A stretch of 64,000 nt of DNA from Octopus vulgaris. Taxonomy: Eukaryota. The notes beneath the pieces are model-generated. The model ran no database searches and was not told the origin of the DNA. It was given only the letters and a program-made list of their open reading frames with translations. The stretch spans positions 930,001 through 994,000 of the forward strand of contig OX597833.1 of NCBI GenBank assembly GCA_951406725.2. Reading direction: 5' to 3'. The position numbers and the translations under genes were made by a program. Below are positions 53,835 through 64,000 of this stretch, piece by piece. Numbering within the stretch: the first letter of the stretch is position 1; every line of letters starts with the position of its first letter.

Positions 53835-54462
53835 GTACTGACATCGCTTCTCTACTCATGTGAGACATGGACTCTGTACAAACCTCAGGTAAGGGTCCTT
53901 GAACGTTTTCATCAGAGATGTCTCAGACACATTCTCAATGTTGGCTGGACCTCAAAAATTCCAGACACACAGATCCTGAGGACAGCTGATATCTTGAGTA
54001 TTGAGGCGATGGTACACAAGCACCGGTTGCGTTGGACTGGACACCTTATTAGAATGGAGGGTAGGATTCCTAAGCAGATGCTCTATGGAGAACTTGTGAA
54101 TGGAAGGAGACTCCGGCAGAAACCAAGGCTGCGATTTAAGGACTGTGTTAAGTCCTCGTTAAAGGCCTTTGATATGCAGGACACTGACTGGGAGAACAAT
54201 GCCTGACATCGCCACAGATGGAGGAAGCAGGTTAAGGAGGGGATCGACACTTTTGAGAGAGCACGTATCCAGCATGAAGATCTTAAGTGAGCTGCGCGAA
54301 AGCGCACGGCTCGTATAGTGAATGGGGAAAGCTTGGTCTGTAATGTTTGCAGTCGTGTATGCTTGTCAAGAGCAGGGCTCATTAGCCACCAACGGAGCCG
54401 CAAGTGCAAAATGTTCCTGAAGGTCGGCAATGGTCTTCCTCGGTCACGAGTGGACGGCCATC
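53835..54462 (+). mobile_element. RTE-like LINE 3' fragment flanked on both sides by (ATGT)n
   Basis: LLYSCETW...FHQRCLRHIL...LRWTGHLIRM...IPKQMLYGEL and a C-terminal CxxC...H finger. Confidence 0.9.
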
Positions 54463-55093
54463 ATGTATGTATGTATGTATGTATGTATGTATGTATGTAT
54501 GTATGCATGTATGCATGTATGTATGTATGCATGTATGTATGTATGTATGTATGTATGTATGTATGTATGTGTGTATGTATGTATGTATGCATGTATGCAT
54601 GTATGTATGTATGCATGTATGTATGTATGTATGTATGTATGCATGTATGTATGTATATATGTATGTATGTGTGTATGTATGTATGTGTGTATGTATGTAT
54701 GTATGCATGTATGTATGTATGTATGTATGTATGTATGTATGTATGTATGTATGTATGTATGTATGTATGTATGTATGTATGTGTGTATGTATGTATGTAT
54801 GCATGTATGCATGTATGTATGTATGTATGTATGTATGTATGTATGTATGTATGTATGTATGTATGTATGTATGTATGTATGTATGTATGTATATATGTAT
54901 GTATGTGTGTATGTATGTATGTGTGTATGTATGTATGTATGTATGTATGTATGTATGTATGTATGTATGTATGTATGTATGTATGTATGTATGTATGTAT
55001 GTATGTATGTATGTATGTATGTATGTATGTGTGTATGTATGTATGTATGCATGTATGTATGTATGTATGTATGTATGTATGTATGTATGTATG

Positions 55094-55124
<31 letters not shown>

Positions 55125-55632
55125 GTATGTATGTTTGTGTGTGTATGTATGTATGTATGTATGTATGTATGTATGTATGTGTGTATGTATGTATGTATGT
55201 ATGTGTGTATGTATGTATGTATGCATGTATGCATGTATGTATGTATGCATGTATGTATGTATGTATGTATGTATGTATGTATGTATGTATGTATGTATGT
55301 ATGTATGTATGTATGTATGTATGTATGTATGTATGTATGTATGTATGTATGTATATATGTATGTATGTGTGTATGTATGTATGTGTGTATGTATGTATGT
55401 ATCGCATGTATGTATGTATGTATGTATGTATGTATGTATGTATGTATGTATGTATGTATGTATGTATGTATGTATGTATGTATGTATGTATGTATGTATG
55501 TATGTATGTATGTATGTATGTATGTATGTATGTATGTATGTATGTATGTATGTATGTATGTATGTATGTATGTATGTATGTATGTATGTATGTATGTATG
55601 TATGTATGTATGTATGTATGTATGTATGTATG

Positions 55633-55666
<34 letters not shown>

Positions 55667-56088
55667 TGTATGTATGTATGTATGTGTGTATGTATGTATG
55701 TGTGTATGTATGTATGTATGTATGTATGTATGTATGTATGTATGTATGTATGTATGTATGTATGTATGTATGTATGTATGTATGTATGTATGTATGTATG
55801 TATGTATGTATGTATGTATGTATGTATGTATGTATGTATGTATATATGTATATATGCATGTATATATGTATGTATGTGTGTATGTATGTATGTATGTATG
55901 TATGTATGTATGTATGTATGCATGTATATATGCATGTATATATGTATGTATGTGTGTATGTATGTATGTATGTATGTATGTATGTATGTATGTATGTATG
56001 TATGTATGTATGTATGTATGTATGTATGTATGTATGTATGTATGTATGTATGTATGTATGTATGTATGTATGTATGTATGTGTGTATG

Positions 56089-56122
<34 letters not shown>

Positions 56123-57576
56123 TGTATGTATGTATGTATGTATGTATGTATGTATGTATGTATGTATGTATGTATGTATGTATATATGTATGTATGTGTG
56201 TATGTATGTATGTATGTATGTATGTATGTATGTATGTATGTATGTATGTATGTATGTATGTATGTATGTATGTATGTACGCATGTATGTATGTATGTATG
56301 TATGTGTGTATGTATGTATGTATGTATGTACGTATGTATGTATGTATGTATGTATGTATGTATGTATGTATGTATGTATGTATGTATGTATGTATGTATG
56401 TATGTATGTATGTATGTATGTATGTATGTATGTATGTATGTATGTATGTATGTATGTATGTATGTATGTACGCATGTATGTATGTATGTATGTATGTATG
56501 TATGTATGTATGTATGTATGTATGTATGTATGTATGTATGTATGTATGTATGTATGTATGTATATATGTATGTATGTGTGTGTATGTATGTATGTATGTA
56601 TGTATGTATGTATGTATGTATGTATGTATGTATGTATGTATGTATGTATGTATGTATGTATGTATGTATGTATGTATGTATGTGTGTATGTATGTATGTA
56701 TGCATGTATGCATGTATGTATGTATGTATGTATGTATGTATGCATGTATGTATGTATGTAAGTATGTATGTTTGTGTGTGTATGTATGTATGTATGTATG
56801 TATGTATGTATGTGTGTATGTATGTATGTATGTATGTATGTATGTATGTATGTATGTATGTATGCATGTATGTATGTATGTATGTATGTATGTATGTATG
56901 TATGTATGTATGTATGTATGTATGTATGTATGTATGTATGTATGTATGTATGTATGTATGTATGTATGTATGTATGTATGTATGTATGTATGTATGTATG
57001 TATGTATGTATGTGTGTATGTATGTATGTATGTATGTATGTATGTATGTATGTATGTATGTATGTATGTATGTATGTATGTATGTATGTATGTATGTATG
57101 TATGTATGTATGTATGTATGTATGTATGTATGTATGTATGTATGTATGTATGTATGTATGTATGTATGTATGTATGTATGTATGTATGTATGTATGTATG
57201 TATGTATGTATGTATGTATGTATGTATGTATGTATGTATGTATGTATGTACATGTGTGTATGTATGTATGTGTGTGTGTATGTATGTATGTATGTATGTA
57301 TGTATGTGTGTATGTATGTATATATGTATGTATGTATGCACACACACACGCATGTATGTATGTATGTATGTATGTATGTATGTATGTATGTATGTATGTA
57401 TGTATGTATGTATGTATGTATGTATGTATGTATGTGTGTATGTATGTATGTGTGTATGTATGTATGTATGTATGTATGTATATATATGTATGTATGTGTG
57501 TATGTATGTATGTGTGTATGTATGTATGTATGTATGTATGTATGTATGTATGTATGTATGTATGTATGTATGTATG

Positions 57577-57610
<34 letters not shown>

Positions 57611-57680
57611 TGTATGTATGTATGTATGTATGTATGTATGTATGTATGTATGTATGTATGTATGTATGTATGTATGTATG

Positions 57681-57714
<34 letters not shown>

Positions 57715-57740
57715 TGTATGTATGTATGTATGTATGTATG

Positions 57741-57772
<32 letters not shown>

Positions 57773-58120
57773 TGTATGTATGTATGTATGTATGTATGTA
57801 TGTATGTATGTATGTATGTATGTATGTATGTATGTATGTATGTATGTATGTATGTATGTATGTATATATGTATGTATGTGTGTATGTATGTATGTATGTA
57901 TGTATGTATGTATGTATGTATGTATGCATGTATGTATGTATGTATGTATGTATGTATGTATGTATGTATGTATGTATGTATGTATATATGTATGTATGTG
58001 TGTATGTATGTATGTATGTATGTATGTATGTATGTATGTATGTATGTATGTATGTATGTATGTATGTATGTATGTATGTATGTATGTATGTATGTATGTA
58101 TGTATGTATGTATGTATGTA
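54463..58120. repeat. 3.66-kb (ATGT)n tetranucleotide array
   Basis: Seen directly; source of the >1000-aa YIHT/CMYV pseudo-ORFs. Confidence 0.98.
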
Positions 58121-58785
58121 CACAGCAGACCTCGGATCTTCTCCCTTGTGGCCGTTTTAAGTTTTCCATGAACTAGGATCATCAGTTGGTCGAGATCTTT
58201 CCTGGATTCACAATAATATCATCCTCATCTGATGAGGAATCGAACCCAGGTGTTTCCAAGTCCAAAACACGGGCGAATGTAGCCACAACTTTTTCTATTT
58301 ATTTCATTGAACTTTCGCTTCCCATACGAAGCTGTATCCCCCTCTCTCATTCGAGTGGATCATTTAAGTGAGGTGAACTCAAACGATCAGGCAACTCGGT
58401 TCAAAGATGTTAGATCAAATTGCCTGGAATGGAATTCAGTGTCACTTCAACTGGTTCCAATGTCATAATGCCGTTCACCATTGGGCACCTCAGTCGTAAC
58501 AGTTCGAGCATAGCTTCTACCCCGTAGATTAACTAGGGAGTATGAAATTCATCCCAAATAATGAAGGTGTGTATGTGTGAATCTACAAGGGGAAACCATC
58601 GCGTGCGCGCCCGTGAACTTGATCGAAAAATTTCCCATATAATAAAAGACCGTATTTGCTGAAAAAGCGCAATTATTTGAAAAACGAATTAATTATGGAA
58701 GTGATGAGAAGACAAGTTGGAATTCGAACGAATAAAGTTTGGATATATACATTCTTGGAGAGCAAGTGTCATACCTTTGTTTAAT

Positions 58786-59200
58786 AGGCGCAGGAGTGGC
58801 TGTGTGGTAAGTAGCTTGCTAACCAACCACATGGTTCCGGGTTCAGTCCCACTGCGTGACAACTTGGGCAAGTGTCTTCTGCTATAGCCCCGGGCCGACC
58901 AATGCCTTGTGAGTGGATTTGGTAGACGGAAACTGAAAGAAGCCCGTCGTATAAATGTACATATATATAAGTGTGTGTGTATATGTTTGTGTGTCTGTGT
59001 TTGTCCCCCTAGCATTGCTTGACAACCGATGCTGGTGTGTTTACGTCCCCGTCACTTAGCGCTTCGGCAAAAGAGACCGATAGAATAAGTACTGGGCTTA
59101 CAAAGAATAAGTCCCGGGGTCGATTGGCTCGACTAAAGGCGGTGCTCCAGCATGGCCGCAGTCAAATGACTTAAACAAGTAAAAGAGTAAAAGAGAGAGA
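58786..59200 (+). mobile_element. Family-A SINE (full length)
   Basis: Consensus match from AGGCGCAGGAGTGG to (AAAAGAGT)n. Confidence 0.9.
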
Positions 59201-59738
59201 GAGCCCACATAGTGAACTTGAAAGTTGAAAATTGTCAAAAAGGTGTTCGTTTCACCTTGAGCCATTTTCAGAGTCTTCTAAATATTATATTATGCATTGT
59301 ACATTGTCAATAATCTTATCATGGAGAGATCAGATTTCAATTTGAAGGAACTCAGCAGAAGTTTGCTTGTATTAGCCATCTTGGTCTCATGGGAGCTCTT
59401 TGAATGTTGATTTTTTTTTTATTTTCGCTAATGAAAAAGGTTCATATTTGAAAGGCGAATAACTTAAAATAGAAGAGATAGGGCAATTTTGAGAGTGGAT
59501 TCCGATAGGGTGGGTTCAAATAACCCAGGGTACCCAAATTCAGTCAAATACTATCATTAGTTTTAAAGACATTCAACACCAAAATATGTATAAATTGACA
59601 TTGGAAGCCCAGGAGGAACGTGACCCTCAAATATTGTAGGAGCATATCTTTGAAAACCTTAGAAATTTGGCCCCTAAAATTACGCATGTGTTCTTTATGC
59701 ATATAGAGGTATTACTAAAATAATTTAAGTCATATCTG

Positions 59739-60058
59739 AGGGCGCGTGGCTTAGTGGTTAGGGCATTCGGCTCATGATCGTAAGGTTGTGAGTTCGATTC
59801 CCGGCGACGCGTTGTGTCCTTGAGCAAGACACTTTATTTCACGTTGCTCCAGTCCACTCAGCTGGCAAAAATGAGTTGTACTTGTATTTCAAAGGGTCAG
59901 CCTTGTCACTCTCTGTGTCACGCTGATTATCCCCGAGAACTACGTTAAGGGTACACGTGTCTGTGGAATGCTCAGCCATTTGCACGTTAATTTCACGAGC
60001 AAGCTGTTCCGTTGATCGTATCAGCTGGGACCCTCGTCGTCGTAACCGGCGGAGTCTT
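59739..60058 (+). mobile_element. tRNA-derived SINE with its own head but the family-C 3' half
   Basis: A box TGGCTTAGTGG and B box GAGTTCGATTC. From GTATTTCAAAG onward it matches the 3' half of 43350-43728. AGTCATATCTGAG is duplicated on both flanks (59728-59740, 60064-60076). Confidence 0.85.
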
Positions 60059-60356
60059 TTAGAAGTCATATCTGAGTTGATTACGTGAACAGATTCGGTT
60101 GGGTTCATACTGAATAACTCCAGACACCTATTGCATAAAGTTTTCATGATATCATTTCTTAAAATTCACGTTTTTCTATAAAAAAATTCCACACACACAT
60201 TGCTGGTGGTTGGTTTCTTTCTGATGATGGCATATTTTGATTAAAGTACAAATATTTTCTTTTATTCACGGGAAAAGGGCTGTAAAAATTTTCTTTTTAC
60301 TTGACTTTCATAGAAATTTAATCGTGTGGAACGTTGGCTCAGCTTTTCCAACAATA

Positions 60357-60516
<160 letters not shown>

Positions 60517-60525
60517 TGCATACAT

Positions 60526-60615
<90 letters not shown>

Positions 60616-60704
60616 TATATAAATATATATATATATGGCGGTGCCCCAGCATGGCCACAGCTCATTAGCTGAAACTGGAAAATCAAAATCAAAATCAAAA
60701 TCAA

Positions 60705-60780
<76 letters not shown>

Positions 60781-60783
<3 letters not shown>

Positions 60784-61440
60784 AACATTCAGAACCAGAG
60801 ATAAGGAAACCATGATGGTCCTCTGGCGGACATTCGTCCTCAGCCGCCTGGATTACTGCTCACAGCTAGGGTCACTCACCAGTGTAAAATTAACAGCGGA
60901 CCTTGAAGCAATCCAGAGAAGATTCACAAAGAAGATCGTCTCTTTGCAAAAGCTCAGCTACTGGGAAAGGTTGAAACAGCTAAGACTCTACTCCTTGGAG
61001 AGAAGACGGGAGAGGTATGCAGTAATATATGTCTGGAAGATCCTGGAAGGAATTTTGCCAAATTTTGGCATTGTTAGCTACACCAGTGCTAGAACGGGAC
61101 GACACTGCATAGTGCCAAAGATCCCAGCAATGCCATCACGCTTCAGGACCAGCTTCTGCAACAGCCTGGGTTTCAAGGGCCCACAGCCTTTTAATATTCT
61201 CCCAAAGAGTCTGAGGAACTTGTACAAAGTAGATGTAGCGGTTTTTAAATCAAAGCTGGACATCTTCCTGTCAAGAGTCCCAGATGAACCTACCTCACGG
61301 CAAGAGGTGCAAATGAGAGTAGCTGTGTCAAACTCCATTCTTCACCAACTGCCACATATTAGACGAGGTTCGTCGTAATAGCAGTGTAGCACAAAACGGC
61401 GGTGCATCAGCATGGCCGCAGCTCTGAGCTGAAACTAGAA
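60781..61440 (+). mobile_element. 5'-truncated CR1-group LINE
   Basis: [15 protein letters not shown]...VPDEP, closely related to 51050-51710, with the shared 3' tail. Confidence 0.9.
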
Positions 61441-61458
61441 AAAAAAAATACGTATATA

Positions 61459-61515
<57 letters not shown>

Positions 61516-61526
61516 TGTATATGTAG

Positions 61527-61606
<80 letters not shown>

Positions 61607-61766
61607 AAAAAAAAACAAAAGACGAAGACAGGTGGTGTAGACATCAAACATGTATTAGTATAACGCTCAGGAATAGAAAAAGTCTTTTACGTTTCGAGCC
61701 TACGCTCTTCTACAGAAAGATACACAGAAAAAACAAGGATAGAAAAAAATGTGTAGTGGCTAACAT

Positions 61767-61825
<59 letters not shown>

Positions 61826-62529
61826 GTATGTATATATTTTATAAGTAGATATTGATATGTATAAACATCTGTATATATATATACATGCCTAATATATATA
61901 CATATGTATACATCTTCACATATATATTTTCTTCTACTACTAAGCACTGACCTGTCCAACCACCTAATCTATATTCTTAAGTTCTTCATTCCATACTGTT
62001 ACCCCTCTCTCTGCCCCATCACTTAGACTCTATCACTTCATAACTGACACCCCTTTACTTTTTATACCTTTCTCTCTCTATCACCTTCATCTCCCCGTTC
62101 CTACTTTCGAATTAGCTGGACTGACCCCTAACTGGTACACCTTCCCTTATTATCTCTCTCCTTGTTTTTCTTTTTTCTTTCTTTTCTTTATTCCTCTCTT
62201 CCTGTTTTCGATTTGATCTTACAAATACATTCCCTACTTTTAGGTCACTTTAAATAAAACCCTTGATTCAATATCACTGTGTACAAACTCTATACTTGGA
62301 ATGACCAATTTTAGATACTATTGGATTTTACTCACAAGGTATTGGAATATTATATGTATACCATTCTGCCTAAATAATGGATCTACAAATGCAATATCAC
62401 TGCATATCTCACATCTATTTTCGTTCCTCCACTTCACTCTCTATTTCGTATCTTATCTAAATTAACTATTGCTTAACCATTTTCTCACGCCGTCTCCGAT
62501 GTATAATCTTGCAAAACAACTTGATAATC

Positions 62530-62610
<81 letters not shown>

Positions 62611-62621
62611 TATATGTACGT

Positions 62622-62900
62622 AATTGCCCAATGGTTAGGGCAGTAGACTCGCGGTCGTAGGATCGCGTTTTCGATTCTCAGACCGGGCGTTGTGAGTGTT
62701 TATTGAACGAAAACACCTAAGTTCCACGAGGCTCAGGCAGGGGGTGGGCGTGGCGATCCCTGCTGTACTCTTTCGCCACAACATTCTCTCACTCTTTCTT
62801 CTGCTGGCCTGCTCGCTTAGCCAGCGGGGTGGCGTCATTTGAAGGCTAAAACAATGCGAAGCGCATTGTGACCAGCGATGTGTAGCAACATCTAATAGTC
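62622..62900 (+). mobile_element. SINE with a family-C head and a different 3' half
   Basis: Matches the family-C head through CTCTCACTCTT, then diverges (TGGCCTGCTCGCTTAGCC...). Confidence 0.7.
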
Positions 62901-63546
62901 TAGTTTAAAAAATATATATATATATAAATATATATGTATGTATTTATATATATGTGTATACGTATAAATATATATGTATACACACATACATACACACACA
63001 CACATACACACACACACACACACATATATATATGTAGGTATATATTTTACTTATTCATTTACAACATTCTTTGCAATCTAAACACGACCTATATTGTTTT
63101 CCATTGATGTATAGAAAACTTTTTGATACACATTTTCTTCGTTCTCGCTCCGGTGATGCAAATCTCTTCCGCACCCCCAAGCTCTAGTTTTGCTCTCTCG
63201 ATAAACGTAGAACCTTTCGTGTGTGGTCGAATATCTACAGAAACAACCATACTTCACTTCTCAAACCCAAAATTAAAAGAGTTTGCGGATAAAAGACTGG
63301 AATTGTCATGGATTACTGTCTAATTACATCCTGTAATTATCGAGCACTGGCTCTATAATTCTTCCTTTCGATGCTTTGTAGATAATCATACTGTCATCAC
63401 TCTGACCTCCACCTTAACCACCAAGACTACTAAAACCACCACCAACACTACCAAACGCATCACCACCTTACCACCACCGCCGCTACTACCTCCAAATAGT
63501 ATATTAATAATTATATTCATATTTATAACAACAGATTGACAATTAA

Positions 63547-63765
63547 CCTCTCCACGCGCTGAAAATAGACGCTAAATGGACGCTAAAACCACTTTAAAAA
63601 ATCCAAAAACACAGGTTGTAGTCGAGCAAAAGAAAGATAATAAAATAAACTTTTGTTCAATCGTGTATAAGATCTCATTTGAAGCTCAGGTTTAAAAGTA
63701 TACCTAGTGGAGTTTTTAAGGTGGTTTTAGCGTCATTTGGCTTCTATTTTCAGCGCGTGAAGAGG
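63547..63765. mobile_element. MITE with ~50-bp terminal inverted repeats
   Basis: CCTCTCCACGCGCTGAAAATAGA...AAAACCAC and its reverse complement at 63713-63765; TTAA on the left flank only. Confidence 0.65.
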
Positions 63766-63799
63766 CATGTTGCCAATCCCTTCTTATTATTTATATATA

Positions 63800-64000
63800 T
63801 ATATAAATCCTTAAATCCNNNNNNNNNNNNNNNNNNNNNNNNNNNNNNNNNNNNNNNNNNNNNNNNNNNNNNNNNNNNNNNNNNNNNNNNNNNNNNNNNN
63901 NNNNNNNNNNNNNNNNNNATGGAGTTTGACACAGCTACTCTCATTTGCACCTCTTGCCGTGAGTTAAGTTCATCTGGGACTCTTGACAGGAAGATGTCCA
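63800..64000 (-). mobile_element. 3' end of another CR1-group LINE spanning a 100-N assembly gap (63819-63918)
   Basis: 63919-64000 matches 61257-61338 in reverse, and the tail repeat GGATTTAAGGATTTA is seen at 63803-63818. Confidence 0.75.

Noticed and set aside
54382-58182. >1000-aa YIHT/CMYV ORFs on both strands
   Set aside because: Translations of stop-free (ATGT)n; not genes. The same applies to all YI/IY, HT and LSIY ORFs in the window.
58121-58620. Complex, coding-like sequence after the ATGT array
   Set aside because: Multiple stops in the frames examined and no motif I can identify; probably a decayed mobile-element fragment.
59739-59812. tRNA gene (also 43655-43728, 46545-46616, 62622-62690)
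   Set aside because: A and B boxes are present, but there is no clean acceptor stem and each continues into a SINE body.

Overview
AT-rich, microsatellite- and retroposon-saturated animal DNA whose SINE/LINE repertoire looks like an Octopus (coleoid cephalopod) genome; the taxon is inferred, not proven. Hidden among the repeats and mostly missed by the ORF track is a minus-strand tandem array of at least three paralogous spliced genes. Gene A (CDS 47363->37675, 288 aa) and gene B (28465->17166, 286 aa) are complete, each with four exons joined by phase-1 GT-AG introns: signal peptide, V-like Ig domain, His-rich C2-like Ig domain, and a GPI-signal-like hydrophobic C-terminus. Gene C contributes only its promoter and signal-peptide exon (1328->1208) before leaving the window. 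By hand alignment the distal Ig domain is about 45% identical between A and B, while the proximal domain is about 84% identical and its flanking introns are nearly identical. All three promoters share a TCACGTGA box, and a possible fossil transmembrane/cytoplasmic tail lies behind the stop codon. The rest is mobile DNA: a long CR1-group LINE ORF2 plus fragments, Tx1/L1-, RTE- and R4/Dong-like remnants, a mariner whose transposase carries 13 in-frame copies of a 111-bp repeat, a Tc1 pseudogene, MITEs, a Helitron-like element, several tRNA-derived SINE families, a ~2 kb tandem duplication, a 3.66 kb (ATGT)n array and a 100-N gap.
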